A stretch of DNA of 64,000 nucleotides from Thermoplasmata archaeon. Lineage in GTDB: Archaea > Thermoplasmatota > Thermoplasmata > RBG-16-68-12. The position numbers and the translations under genes are program-made. The DNA lies in the NCBI GenBank assembly GCA_035636595.1, contig DASPYU010000023.1, forward strand, positions 85,846 to 149,845. The letters are read 5' to 3'. Under the pieces are notes generated by a model. That model had not been told where the DNA came from. It searched no databases and saw only the letters and a program-made list of their open reading frames with translations. Positions 38,634-48,931 of this stretch are shown here, piece by piece (position 1 is the stretch's first letter; every line of letters starts with the position of its first letter).

Positions 38634-39779
38634 GTGCGGCGGCTTGGTTTCGTCGTGAATCCTGTGGCGGGCTTGGGTGGGCGCGTCGGCCTGAAAGGGA
38701 CCGACGGCGTCGCGGACCAAGCGCGAGCCGCGGGCGCCCAACCGGTTTCCGAGCCCCGCGCGCGACAGTTCGCGGAGGCGTTCGTCGCCTCGTCCCGAAA
38801 TGATCCGGCCCTCGAGGTGCGCTGGCTGACCGCAGAGGGCGCAATGGGTTCCGACGTGCTGACCGCTAACGGGATCCGGAGAGATGCGCTCGAGATCATC
38901 GACCGTCCGCCGCCACAGACGACCGCCGAGGACACGCGTCGCGCCGTCGCGGCCTGCGTCGCGAGGGGCGCGGAGCTCCTTCTGTTCTGCGGCGGCGACG
39001 GGACCGCAAGAGACGTGGCCAAGGCGAGCGCCGACCGCATCCCGATCGTTGGGATCCCCGCCGGGGTGAAGATGCATTCCGGGATCTTTGCGGTCTCGCC
39101 CCGGGCCGCGGCGGACATCGCGATCGCATTCCTTCGGGGCGAATTGCGCATCGGCACCGCGGAAATCTTGGATTTGGACGAAGAGGCGTACCGCAAGGGC
39201 GAGTGGCGGGTCGCCCTCGTCGGGACGGCGAAGAGCCTCGTCGAGCCCAATCTTGTCCAGGCGGGCAAGCTGCAAGTCGCCGAGGTGAGCGAAGAATCGA
39301 CCCGAACGGAACTCGCCGAACATTTCCGCGAGTTGTTCGCCGACCACCCCGATACGTTGTTCCTGCTGGGTCCCGGCTCGACCGTGGCGGCGATCGCCGC
39401 GGACCTCAGCCTCGAGAAGACGCTGCTCGGCATCGATGCGGTCGCGGGGAACCGCACGATCGCGAAGGATCTGAACGAGCGGGACCTCCTCGCCCTCCTG
39501 GATCGTCATCCCGATGCCCGGCTGATCGTGAGCCCGATCGGAGCGCAGGGGTTCATCCTGGGCCGCGGGAATCTCGAGGTGAGCCCCGCCGTCCTGCGGC
39601 GCATCGGGACGAAGAACGTCCTCATCGTCGCAACGCCGGGCAAGCTCGCGATGACCCCGGTCCTGCGCGTGGACACCGGCGATGCAGCGCTCGATGAGGA
39701 TTTCTTCCGGCGGGAATACGCCTTCGTGATCGTCGGATACCGCACGTCGAAACTGCATCCGATCCAGCGGGCACCGTGA
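38634..39779 (+). CDS. ATP-NAD kinase family protein (polyphosphate/ATP-dependent kinase-like)
   Basis: GFVVNPVAGLGGRVGLKGTDG, CGGDGTARD, GIPAGVKMHSG, PIGAQGFILGRGN. Confidence 0.88.
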   Translation: MRRLGFVVNPVAGLGGRVGLKGTDGVADQARAAGAQPVSEPRARQFAEAFVASSRNDPALEVRWLTAEGAMGSDVLTANGIRRDALEIIDRPPPQTTAEDTRRAVAACVARGAELLLFCGGDGTARDVAKASADRIPIVGIPAGVKMHSGIFAVSPRAAADIAIAFLRGELRIGTAEILDLDEEAYRKGEWRVALVGTAKSLVEPNLVQAGKLQVAEVSEESTRTELAEHFRELFADHPDTLFLLGPGSTVAAIAADLSLEKTLLGIDAVAGNRTIAKDLNERDLLALLDRHPDARLIVSPIGAQGFILGRGNLEVSPAVLRRIGTKNVLIVATPGKLAMTPVLRVDTGDAALDEDFFRREYAFVIVGYRTSKLHPIQRAP

Positions 39780-39845
39780 CGCCTCGAGTAACAAGTTGAA
39801 ATACCCCCATCCCATGCGCACGTCCAGTCAGGGGGAAACGCGGGC

Positions 39846-40898
39846 ATGTCATCGACGATGCAAGCCGCGGTGAAACTCAAGCCCTCGCCAAGGAGCACGG
39901 AAGTCCGCAAGGTCCCGATTCCGGAACCCGGACCGTCGGAAGTCCTCATCCGAGTGAAGGTCGCCTCGATTTGTGGGACCGACGTCCACATTTACGATTG
40001 GGATGCCTGGGCCCAGGCCCGGATCAAGGTGCCGCTGATCCAAGGGCACGAGTTTTCCGGGACGATCGAGAAACTGGGGTCCGGTGTCACGGGCCTCGAG
40101 CGGGGCGCGTACGTCAGCGCCGAGGGCCACATCGCCTGCGGCCGCTGTTACATGTGCCGCACCGGGAACGCACACGTGTGCAAGACCGTCTCCATCCTCG
40201 GAATCGATCGGGCCGGATCCTTCGCGGAGTACCTGACCGTCCCCGCGACGAATGTGATTGTCAACGATCCCGATCTGCCTCCGGAACTCGCGACGATGCA
40301 GGACCCGCTCGGCAATGCCGTGTACACGGTCACGGATGCGAACGTGCCGGGAAAGACCGTGGCGATCTTCGGCCTCGGACCCATCGGGCTGATGGCGGTC
40401 GCCTTGTGCCGCGCCATGGCCGCGTCGCGGGTCATCGCGATCGGCCACACGAACCAGTATCGGATGGACCTCGCGAAGAAGGTCGGGGCCCACCACGTCC
40501 TCGCGTCGAAAGACTCCCTCCCCGATGACATCGACGATCTCACCGCGGGCGAAGGGGTCGACGAAGTCCTCGAAATGTCGGGGAGCGAGCAAGCGCTGCG
40601 CCAGGCAATCCGGATCGTCCGGCCGGCGGGCGGCATCCATATCCTCGGATTCTACACGAAGGACGTCACGATCCCGATGTCCGACCTCGTGACGAAGGGC
40701 GCGACGATCCACGGCATCCACGGGCGGCTCATGTATACGACCTGGATGCAGATGGGCGGGCTGCTGAAGAGTGGCAACGTCAATTTGCGGCCGCTCCTCA
40801 CGCACCGATTCCCGCTCGAAAAGTACGATGAGGCGATGAATGTGATGCGAAGCGGGAACTGCGGCAAGGTGGCATTCCCCATGGAGGGCGGACGATGA
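39846..40898 (+). CDS. tdh: L-threonine 3-dehydrogenase
   Basis: ICGTDVHI, GHEFSG, EGHIACGRCYMC, QDPLGNA, GLGPIG; upstream of kbl. Confidence 0.93.
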   Translation: MSSTMQAAVKLKPSPRSTEVRKVPIPEPGPSEVLIRVKVASICGTDVHIYDWDAWAQARIKVPLIQGHEFSGTIEKLGSGVTGLERGAYVSAEGHIACGRCYMCRTGNAHVCKTVSILGIDRAGSFAEYLTVPATNVIVNDPDLPPELATMQDPLGNAVYTVTDANVPGKTVAIFGLGPIGLMAVALCRAMAASRVIAIGHTNQYRMDLAKKVGAHHVLASKDSLPDDIDDLTAGEGVDEVLEMSGSEQALRQAIRIVRPAGGIHILGFYTKDVTIPMSDLVTKGATIHGIHGRLMYTTWMQMGGLLKSGNVNLRPLLTHRFPLEKYDEAMNVMRSGNCGKVAFPMEGGR

Positions 40899-42085
40899 CG
40901 AAGCGCGATCCGACCGGGTGGATGCGCACGGAGTACGAAGCGCTCGTGGCCCAGAGCCTCGACTGGAAACTCCGGGTGCTGCAAGGCCCGTCCGCTCCGC
41001 GGAGCGTCGTCGACGGCAAGAGCGTCATCATGCTCTGTTCGAACAACTACCTGAACCTCTCGAATCATCCGAAGGTGAAGCGCGCCGCACGCGAGGCCGT
41101 GAAGACGCACGGGGCCGGGAGCGGGAGCGTTCGGCCGATCGCGGGCAACTTGGACCTCCATGAAGAGCTCGAGCGGCGCATCGCGCGGTTCAAGCGACGG
41201 GAAGCGGCGCTGTTCTACATGAGCGGGTTCGCGGGCAACGCCGGTCTGATTCCGCAGCTCGTCGGGGAGGGCGACGCCCTGATCACGGACGAGTTGAACC
41301 ACGGGAGCATCATCGACGGCGTCCGGCTCACGAAGGCGCAGCGGATCATTTACCGCCACTGCGACGTCGGCGATCTGGAGCGCGCGCTGAAGGAGGCCGA
41401 CGCATTCGCGCGGCGCATCCTCGTCGTCAGCGACGGCGTGTTCTCGATGGACGGGGACATCGCGCCGGTCGGGGATATCGCGCGGCTCAGCGAAGAGTTC
41501 GGCGCGATGGTGTACATCGACGACGCGCACGGCGAGGGCGTACTCGGGGACGGTGGCCGCGGGGTCGCCTCGCACTTCCACGTTGAAGAGAAGATCCAGA
41601 TCGAACTCGGCACGTTCTCGAAAGCGCTCGGCGTCGTCGGCGGATACATCGCCGGGTCGAACGAGCTCCGCAACTATGCGCTGAACAAGTCGAGGACTTG
41701 GCTCTTGAGCGGCTCCCATCCGCCCGCCGTCGCGGCGGCATGCATCGCGGCGATTGACGTGCTCGAGACGGAACCGCGGCACGTCAAGAAACTGTGGTCG
41801 AACACGAAGTACTTCAAGAAACGCCTCAAGTCGATGGGGTTCGACATCGGGCGCAGCGAGACCCCGATCACGCCGGTGATGCTGGGGGAATCGGCGACGG
41901 CGAAGCGGTTCAGCGACCGACTTTTCGAGGAGGGCGTGTTCGCGCTGCCGATCGTGTATCCGATGGTCGCGAAGGACCAGGCCCGGATCCGCAACATCGT
42001 GAATGCGGGCCTGAAACGACAGGACCTCGACGACGCCTTGGCCGCCTACGAGAAGATCGGCAAAGAGCTGAAGGTAATCGCTTAG
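40895..42085 (+). CDS. kbl: Glycine C-acetyltransferase (2-amino-3-ketobutyrate CoA ligase)
   Basis: CSNNYLNL, LNHGSIIDG, DGVFSMDGD, DDAH, GTFSKALG; linked to tdh. Confidence 0.9.
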   Translation: MTKRDPTGWMRTEYEALVAQSLDWKLRVLQGPSAPRSVVDGKSVIMLCSNNYLNLSNHPKVKRAAREAVKTHGAGSGSVRPIAGNLDLHEELERRIARFKRREAALFYMSGFAGNAGLIPQLVGEGDALITDELNHGSIIDGVRLTKAQRIIYRHCDVGDLERALKEADAFARRILVVSDGVFSMDGDIAPVGDIARLSEEFGAMVYIDDAHGEGVLGDGGRGVASHFHVEEKIQIELGTFSKALGVVGGYIAGSNELRNYALNKSRTWLLSGSHPPAVAAACIAAIDVLETEPRHVKKLWSNTKYFKKRLKSMGFDIGRSETPITPVMLGESATAKRFSDRLFEEGVFALPIVYPMVAKDQARIRNIVNAGLKRQDLDDALAAYEKIGKELKVIA

Positions 42086-42516
42086 ACGTTACCACGCGCC
42101 TTGCGGCGGGCGTAGATCATCGGCAGGATCTCGTATCCAAGAGTCTCGAACACCGCTTTTGAGGAATCGTTGTCGGTCTCGATGAGGGCCGCGAACATCT
42201 CGATGCCTTCCCGTCTGAGCGCCTGCTCGCATGCCCGCACCAACCGGGAGGCGAGCCCCCGCCGCCGGCATGCTGGATGCACCGCGAGGCGGTTGATCCA
42301 TCCCTTCCGCGTGTCGTGTGTCCCGAGGACCGTGCCGACGAGGCGGGTCCCCTCGAACGCGCCGAGGTACTTCGCGCGGTTCGAACGGAGCTGCCGCGCG
42401 ATCGCCGCCTTCGCGTCTCGCCCTCGCGTCCTCGGATCGAGGCCGCAGATTCGGAAGAGCTCAATCATCGCATCGTAGTCGGAAAGCCGCAACGGATGGA
42501 TGCGAATCGCCATCAT
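42082..42516 (-). CDS. GNAT family N-acetyltransferase
   Basis: GWINRLAVHPACRRRGLASRL. Confidence 0.9.
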   Translation of the reverse strand: MMAIRIHPLRLSDYDAMIELFRICGLDPRTRGRDAKAAIARQLRSNRAKYLGAFEGTRLVGTVLGTHDTRKGWINRLAVHPACRRRGLASRLVRACEQALRREGIEMFAALIETDNDSSKAVFETLGYEILPMIYARRKARGNV

Positions 42517-43005
42517 TCACTCCCGCGAGATCAGGTGGCGGGTGGGCTGCGCGAACCGCTCGCGGACGTCGAGGGGAAGGCGATCCCGAAGGAACGAAGG
42601 CATCAATGCGAAGCGGGCAAGCGCCGCAACGGGGAGCAGCCGCATCCGGATATGGGACTCTCGGCTCGGGATGTAGCCCTCGGAATCCGGCGCTGGGAAC
42701 GCGGAATTCAGATCGACGAGGAAGTAGAATCCGATCTCGTGGGTGACGATTTTCTTCAGAGTGTAGAAGTTTTCGTGCACGTAAACGAGTTTCTCGGCCT
42801 CGACGTTCAGGCCGGTCTCCTCGTAGAACTCGCGGGACATACACATCGCGAGGGTCTCCCCGAACTCGAGGTGTCCCCCGGGCAGCGCGTAACTCCTCGA
42901 GCCTCGCCCGTCGTCGCCCTCCTGCGCGAGCACCGCATCGTCGTGGATCAGGATGCCGCACGACCGAGCGAGGAACTCGTGCCCCGCGTCACGCGATCCG
43001 AGCAC
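42517..43005 (-). CDS. NUDIX hydrolase
   Basis: LPGGHLEFGETLAMCMSREFYEETGL Nudix box. Confidence 0.88.
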   Translation of the reverse strand: MLGSRDAGHEFLARSCGILIHDDAVLAQEGDDGRGSRSYALPGGHLEFGETLAMCMSREFYEETGLNVEAEKLVYVHENFYTLKKIVTHEIGFYFLVDLNSAFPAPDSEGYIPSRESHIRMRLLPVAALARFALMPSFLRDRLPLDVRERFAQPTRHLISRE

Positions 43006-43324
43006 CCAGCTCTCCCTCCGCGTCCGGGCGGAGCAGAATCACCCGGCCGTCCGCTTGAACGGCGCCGAGGCAGAGGACCCCGGACAGGAACGGTCCGATC
43101 TGGCGCGGCGGGAAATTCGTCACAGCAACGACCGCGCGGCCCTCGAGGTCCTCCTTCGTGTACCACCGCTGGATCGCCGCGGAACTCCGCTTGACGCCGA
43201 ACCGTCCGAAGTCAATCCGCAGTTTGTACGACGGGTTCCGGGCCTCGGGAAAGTCTTGGACGTCGACGATCTTCCCGACCCGCATCTCGACCCGCTGAAA
43301 GTCCTCGATTGTGACGAGAGACAT
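42989..43324 (-). CDS. csaA: tRNA-binding/chaperone protein CsaA family
   Basis: EDFQRVEMRVGKI...ARNPSYKLRIDFG...VTNFPPRQI. Confidence 0.88.
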   Translation of the reverse strand: MSLVTIEDFQRVEMRVGKIVDVQDFPEARNPSYKLRIDFGRFGVKRSSAAIQRWYTKEDLEGRAVVAVTNFPPRQIGPFLSGVLCLGAVQADGRVILLRPDAEGELGARIA

Positions 43325-43370
43325 GCTCCCGGGCGCGCGGAACGGGCTCCGTCGATTTGAGGCCTTTGCC

Positions 43371-43898
43371 TCACACCGCCCGTGATTCGGGGCTTCGCAC
43401 CCCGAGATGCTTGCACAGACGCTCGTGCTCCTCGCGGCTCGTCCATTCGACCCGGAGGTAGTCGGCGATCTCCCGATCCCGCATGCCGAGCCGGCGCGCC
43501 TCATCGACTGCGACCTGATAAGCCTCGATCTCGGTTGGCCGGTCGACGTAGTCATATCGGCGGTCCCAAAGCTCCTTCCCCGCATGCCACTGGCGGATGT
43601 GCGTCAGCTCGTGGAGCACGTCGAGGTAGAGGATTTTCTCCTCGCCTTCTAGGAGGTAGCTGAGGCCCGCAACGACGTTCCCCGCCTTGTCGTCGATGTA
43701 CATGTACATGTCCTCGGGCACGGCATGGAGCTTGCAATCGCGCAAGACCTCCTCGCGAAGGCCGTCTGGAAAAATCGCGCGGAACGCGGCGCTCCCGTCA
43801 AGCCCGGGGAATACGTCGAGGATCGCGTGCTTGCCGGCTTTGACTTTCCGGTTCACGCGAACGGGCAGTGTCACCGTGCGAGAAACCGGCCGGCCCAT
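43371..43898 (-). CDS. Hypothetical protein with HExxH (zincin-like) motif
   Basis: VLHELTHIRQ...PTEIEAY. Confidence 0.7.
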   Translation of the reverse strand: MGRPVSRTVTLPVRVNRKVKAGKHAILDVFPGLDGSAAFRAIFPDGLREEVLRDCKLHAVPEDMYMYIDDKAGNVVAGLSYLLEGEEKILYLDVLHELTHIRQWHAGKELWDRRYDYVDRPTEIEAYQVAVDEARRLGMRDREIADYLRVEWTSREEHERLCKHLGVRSPESRAV

Positions 43899-43923
43899 GA
43901 AAAACCTTCGCTCCCGGAGTCGT

Positions 43924-46503
43924 TTAGGAGTGCGCCTTGCGCCGCTTCGTCATCGCATCGATGCGCGACTCGAGGGTCGCGAGCTTTCCGCGGAGCTCCT
44001 TGTTGTCATCTTTGAGCTTGTCAAGATCCTCTTGTTGTTCGACCTTCTTCGCGGACTCGGCGAGTTTCTCGCGCAGGTCCCGCAGGGCTTTACGCGCGGT
44101 CGAGCGGAGGTTCGACATCGGCTCCGCTTCCGCCATTTTCTCGAGTTCGTCCGCCGCCTTCCGATAGGCGAGCTCTTGCAGGCCGAAGGTCGCCCCGATC
44201 CGCGTGCGGTAGTTCCGGTCGCGCAACAGAGCAGACAGGTCCCCGAGGATATCGTCGCGACGCTTCTCGTGGTACGATCCGAGCTTTCCGAGCGCCCATG
44301 CGGCGCCATACCGCACCATCTCCGGACGGTCGTCCCCGGTCCGTTTCTCCAGCTCCTCGATGCCGCGCTCGTCCCGGAGATTCGCGAGGGCCATCGACGC
44401 GCCGCGCGACAGGATCTCCCCCTGGGAGGGGCGATCCATCCCCTTCACGATCGTCTCGAAGGCCCGCGTATGGCGCGTCTCCGCCAGGGCGAGGGCCGCG
44501 GCCTGCATCGGGTAATACCATCCGTCGTCGGCGTACGCCTTCGCGAGCGCCTTGAACGCAACCTCGTCCTTGCGGAACTTTCCGAGCGCGCGGTAGACGC
44601 CGCGACGTACACGGCTGTCCTTGTCCTTCGCGCCCGCGAGGAGCGCGTCGCGCGCAACGGTCGTGCCGATTTCCCCGAGGGTCGCCGCGGCCTCGCGCCG
44701 CACGGCCCAATAGGGATCCTTCGTCAGCGCCTTCGCGACCCCCTCGACCAGGGAGTCGTCGCCGATGAACTTCGCCAGATCCCGCGTGGCCTTGAGACGG
44801 GCTCGCGTGCCCTTCGCGTTCGCAAGCTGCCACTGGAGCTCATCCTTCGGCTTCTTGAACGTCAGCGTCTTCAGGAGCGCATCGTCGGGATCGAAGAGGA
44901 CCGTCCGCGGCCGGCGCGCGGCGTCGAATCGGAAGACCTCCTCGGCCTTCTCGACGCGGATCGACTCCCGCTGGGTGCGGTCGGGCCACAGGAGCTCGAG
45001 GTCCGTGCGGACCTTGAACAACGGGACGAGATCCTTCACCTCGTGCGTCTGCTTGACGCGCACCTCGACCTGCTCCGCGGCATCGTCCCAGGTCCACGAG
45101 ACCTCGAAGTCCGGATGGCCGGCGTGGTAGAGCCACTGGTCGAAGAACACGTCGAGGTTCCTGCCGGTGGCCTCGGCGATTGCCTCCTTGAAATCGTTCG
45201 TCTCGACGTTCGCCCCCGCGAACGTCTTGACGTAGTGGCGGATCGCCTTCCACCACAGGTCGTCCCCGAGCTCCGTGCGCATCATGTGGAGCACGCAGGC
45301 CCCCTTCTCGTATGTGTGCCGGTCGAACATGTCCGAGGGCTCGAGGAACTTCATCGTGACGATCGGCCGCTTGTACGATTTTCCCGCTTCCTCGAGGTAC
45401 GCGTCGCGGTCCGCCTCGAGTCGCATGAAGAAATCGTCTCGGCCGAACGAGTGCTCCCACCAGAGCGCGTCGAAGTACGTCGCGAACGTCTCGTTGAGCC
45501 AGATGTGCCCCCACGATTTGCACGTCAGGAGATCGCCGAACCACTGGTGCGCGAGTTCGTGGGCGAGGAGCGGCTCGGGACGGTAGTCGTCGTACGCCTT
45601 CTCGTCCGTCAGGCAGTACTCGAACAGGATCGTCATCGAGGTGTTCTCCATGCCGCCGACGATGAACTCGGGCACGCACACCTGCGCGTACCGCGGCCAG
45701 GCGTACCTCTGGCCCGTGGCCTCGCCGAAGAAGCGGACCATGTCCGGCACCATCGAGAAGCAGCGGTCGAGGTAGCCGCCCATCCCCTTCGGGACGTGCG
45801 CGAGGACCGGGATGCCGTCCGCGTCCCATTCCTTCGAGTCGAACTCGCCGACCGCGAGGGCGATGAGGTAGTTCGAGTGCGGCTGCTCGAGGGACCAGTG
45901 GAACGTCTTCGTCTTCCGTTTCTTGTCCTGCGTCACGCCGATGAGCCGGCCGTTGCTCAGGGCTTCGTAGCGCTCGTCGACCGTCGCGAGGACCTCCGAC
46001 GTGAAGCGCTGGTTCGGGAAATCGTACGAGGGGAACCAGCTACGGTTGTCCATGTCCTCCCCTTGCGTCCACGCGATCCGCGGGCGCTTGGGGTTCGCCT
46101 TGTCCGGCTCGGTGAAGAACAACCCCTTCCGCGGCTTTGCGTCGTAGTGGACGGAGATCTCGAACGATTCCCCGGCCTTCCGGGCTCGTGGGAGTTGGAT
46201 CGAGAGGGATTCTCCGTTGAGTTCCCATTCGAGCTCGTGCCCCGCGTCGTCCGCGACCTCGTGGATGTTCAGGTCCGCGGCGTCGAGGACGATCTCCTTC
46301 AGGCCGTCGTTGATCGGCGCGAGTCGGAGGACCGAGGTCCCCGAAATCGTCTTCGCGCGGTCGTCGAGAGACACCTCGAGTCGGAGGTGGAGGAGTCGGA
46401 ACGTCCGGTCCCGCGGCGGCTGGTCCGGCGCATCGGGAGGCGCGAAGACCTTCTCGCCGTTTCCGAGGCTGTGGCCGCGGCAGGTCTCCGAGAAATCGGT
46501 CAC
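43924..46503 (-). CDS. M1-family aminopeptidase with C-terminal HEAT repeats
   Basis: GGMEN, AHELAHQWFG, LNETFATY, YEKG; HEAT repeats and coiled-coil tail. Confidence 0.93.
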   Translation of the reverse strand: MTDFSETCRGHSLGNGEKVFAPPDAPDQPPRDRTFRLLHLRLEVSLDDRAKTISGTSVLRLAPINDGLKEIVLDAADLNIHEVADDAGHELEWELNGESLSIQLPRARKAGESFEISVHYDAKPRKGLFFTEPDKANPKRPRIAWTQGEDMDNRSWFPSYDFPNQRFTSEVLATVDERYEALSNGRLIGVTQDKKRKTKTFHWSLEQPHSNYLIALAVGEFDSKEWDADGIPVLAHVPKGMGGYLDRCFSMVPDMVRFFGEATGQRYAWPRYAQVCVPEFIVGGMENTSMTILFEYCLTDEKAYDDYRPEPLLAHELAHQWFGDLLTCKSWGHIWLNETFATYFDALWWEHSFGRDDFFMRLEADRDAYLEEAGKSYKRPIVTMKFLEPSDMFDRHTYEKGACVLHMMRTELGDDLWWKAIRHYVKTFAGANVETNDFKEAIAEATGRNLDVFFDQWLYHAGHPDFEVSWTWDDAAEQVEVRVKQTHEVKDLVPLFKVRTDLELLWPDRTQRESIRVEKAEEVFRFDAARRPRTVLFDPDDALLKTLTFKKPKDELQWQLANAKGTRARLKATRDLAKFIGDDSLVEGVAKALTKDPYWAVRREAAATLGEIGTTVARDALLAGAKDKDSRVRRGVYRALGKFRKDEVAFKALAKAYADDGWYYPMQAAALALAETRHTRAFETIVKGMDRPSQGEILSRGASMALANLRDERGIEELEKRTGDDRPEMVRYGAAWALGKLGSYHEKRRDDILGDLSALLRDRNYRTRIGATFGLQELAYRKAADELEKMAEAEPMSNLRSTARKALRDLREKLAESAKKVEQQEDLDKLKDDNKELRGKLATLESRIDAMTKRRKAHS

Positions 46504-46604
46504 GGAAGGGCCCCGTCCATCCGGCCGCGCGGAACGGGCGGCGGCTCTTTAGGTTTGCCCCGGCGCCGCGAGGCTTATGGCCCGGGACCCGCTCCCCGCC
46601 TCGA

Positions 46605-47114
46605 ATGACGACGGACTCCGGAGTTCCGATCCGCGAGACGTTCGATCGCGTCCGCCGTCCGCTGCAGTGGCCGATGGAGAATTTCCGGAGGAGGAAGGTC
46701 TCGAACCGCGGATTCTCCGGATACATATTCTCGCGCGTGCGGCGGTCCGGCGTGGCGGGCTTCGCGTTCGGGTTCGCGCTCCGGGACGACGTGCTGCCCG
46801 ACGTGGTGGACCCACCGGAGATCGTCGCCTACGCATTCGTCCGGCCGCCCGCCGGCGCGCTCCACGAGGCCCTCGTCCACCGGTCGAACAGCCCGGTGCG
46901 CCGGCTCGTCGCATCGAGCCGAAAGATGGGGTTCCCGTTCGAGTTCCGGCCCGACGGTGAGACCGTCGCCGTCCGCCACCGGTCGATGCGGACCGTGCCC
47001 CGCGAGATCTTCGTGCTCGTCGCGTCGGACTTCCTGATGTTGAGCTACCAGCCGCTCCGCTCCTCGGGATTCCTGGAGCGTCTACGGAAGGCGACGACGC
47101 GGCCGGGCCCGTAG
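46605..47114 (+). CDS. Hypothetical protein (169 aa)
   Basis: Best ORF for the gap; no recognised motif. Confidence 0.6.
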   Translation: MTTDSGVPIRETFDRVRRPLQWPMENFRRRKVSNRGFSGYIFSRVRRSGVAGFAFGFALRDDVLPDVVDPPEIVAYAFVRPPAGALHEALVHRSNSPVRRLVASSRKMGFPFEFRPDGETVAVRHRSMRTVPREIFVLVASDFLMLSYQPLRSSGFLERLRKATTRPGP

Positions 47115-47117
47115 GGG

Positions 47118-47432
47118 TCAGGCCCCGAGCTCGAGGGCGAGGGCCGCGGGCACATGCGGACGATCGAGGACCTCGTAGATCTTCGTCCAATTGTCCGCGA
47201 GGTCGCGGGAGCATCGCAGGATGCCCATGTCCACGAGGGACGCAAGCCGCCTCCGGGTGCGTGAGCCGGGCCAGCGGAACCGGATCGCCATGAACTCCAC
47301 GACGGCCCGCTCCCGCGTCACCCGGTTCGCGAAATGCACCTGGATCGCGGTCGCGATGAGCGCGAGATCTTCTCGGAGTGCCGCATCGTCGACGTCGAGG
47401 AGGACCGACCACAACCCTCTGCGCTGCGCCAT
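47118..47432 (-). CDS. Hypothetical protein (104 aa), possibly winged-helix
   Basis: RRRLASLVDMGILRCSRD...KIYEV resembles a wing motif. Confidence 0.5.
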   Translation of the reverse strand: MAQRRGLWSVLLDVDDAALREDLALIATAIQVHFANRVTRERAVVEFMAIRFRWPGSRTRRRLASLVDMGILRCSRDLADNWTKIYEVLDRPHVPAALALELGA

Positions 47433-47538
47433 GCGCGACGCACCGGACGGCGAGTCCCTCTGCCTTCCGGATGCAGGTAACGTACGTCTCGAGAGGCGCG
47501 CAACAAGACTTTAATCGGCCTCGGTCGATACATCGACG

Positions 47539-48030
47539 ATGGCGGTGGACACGGAGCTCGTCCCGATCGACAACCCGGACGGCCTCAACGTGATCCTGGG
47601 CCAGACGCACTTCATCAAGACGGCGGAGGACGTACACGAGGCGCTCGTCGGGTCCGTGCCGGGCATCCTCTTTGGCGTCGCATTCTGCGAGGCATCGGGC
47701 CCCTGCCTGGTCCGCGTCGAAGGGAACGATCCGGGCCTGCGGGACCTGGCGGCGAAGAACGCGATGGCGGTCGGCGCGGGCCACTTCTTCGTGATCTTTC
47801 TCAAAGAGGCCTTCCCGATCAACGTGCTCCGCGCGCTGCGGGAGGTCCCGGAGATCCTCACGATCTTCGCCGCCACCGCGAACCCGGTCGACGTGATCGT
47901 CGCGAAGTCGTCGCGTGGCCGCGGGGTCCTCGGGGTCGTGGACGGCGAGCGGACGAAAGGCGTGGAGACGGAGAAGGACCGGGCGGAGCGGATCGCGTTC
48001 CTCCGCAAGATCGGCTACAAGCTGGGCTGA
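47539..48030 (+). CDS. Adenosine-specific kinase family protein (DUF355)
   Basis: [41 protein letters not shown]. Confidence 0.9.
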   Translation: MAVDTELVPIDNPDGLNVILGQTHFIKTAEDVHEALVGSVPGILFGVAFCEASGPCLVRVEGNDPGLRDLAAKNAMAVGAGHFFVIFLKEAFPINVLRALREVPEILTIFAATANPVDVIVAKSSRGRGVLGVVDGERTKGVETEKDRAERIAFLRKIGYKLG

Positions 48031-48032
48031 CG

Positions 48033-48770
48033 ATGTGCCGGATGCTCGCGATCGTGAGCCGGAAACCCGCGCCGGCGGACACCCTCCTCGCGTTCGGACA
48101 GCTCGCGGAGACGGGCCGCAACTTCCGGGACTTCGGGTGCCCGCAGCTCAATCCGAAGACGGGCCACCCGGATGGCTGGGGGATCGCGTGCCTCGCCCAG
48201 GAGGGCGAATTCTACGTTCGCGGGGCCGCGAAGGCCAGCTCGGATCCGAAGTACGAGGACGCGGTGCGGCGGCTCGTCCGGGTGTGCAGCCCGCCGCTCG
48301 TGCTCGTCGCCCACGTCCGGTTCGCGTCGAAGAAAGACACGATCCAGGAGAAGTACAGTCATCCATTCCGACGCGAGGTCGACGGTCGGACCGTGTTCTT
48401 CGCCCACAACGGCGAGATCACGGATTTCGGCGTACGGGACGGCAAGATCGACACGCAGTTCATCTTCGACCGGTTCGTCGAGTCGATGGGCACGGAACTC
48501 CACCCGCTCCCGGACCTCAAGCAGGCGATTGCGAAGGCGAAGGCCTCGATCGACGGGGAGTTCCCGCGAAAGGTCGAGTCGTACACCTTCCTGATGCTCG
48601 ACGGGGATCGGCTCATTGCGCACCGAGACGCGCGGACCTGTGTGCCCTACTACACCCTGCACGAGACGGGGACGGAGGACATGCGCGTGGTCTGCTCGGA
48701 AGTCCTGCCGACCCTGCCGGGTCGGTGGCGGATGCTCCGAAACGGCGAGTTCGTCGAGCTCATGCCGTGA
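48033..48770 (+). CDS. Class II glutamine amidotransferase family protein
   Basis: N-terminal MCRM, HPDGWG, AHVR, HPF, HNG, DT. Confidence 0.88.
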   Translation: MCRMLAIVSRKPAPADTLLAFGQLAETGRNFRDFGCPQLNPKTGHPDGWGIACLAQEGEFYVRGAAKASSDPKYEDAVRRLVRVCSPPLVLVAHVRFASKKDTIQEKYSHPFRREVDGRTVFFAHNGEITDFGVRDGKIDTQFIFDRFVESMGTELHPLPDLKQAIAKAKASIDGEFPRKVESYTFLMLDGDRLIAHRDARTCVPYYTLHETGTEDMRVVCSEVLPTLPGRWRMLRNGEFVELMP

Positions 48771-48871
48771 ACTGTCGATGCACCGCCCCGCGAGACGATG
48801 GCTACCCGCCGCGAAGGCGTCGGATTCCCCGCATGAAAATGTCAAACGGACGTGCGGTTCGGAAGGAAGGG

Positions 48872-48880
48872 TTATATAAA
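48872..48880 (+). promoter_or_regulatory. TATA box of tfb (TTATATAAA) with purine-rich BRE
   Basis: GGAAGGAAGGG-TTATATAAA upstream of tfb. Confidence 0.7.
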
Positions 48881-48931
48881 TCCTGTCGCGTAGAGGACTT
48901 AGTATTTCTTCCTGGGGGAGGACTTGATAGA

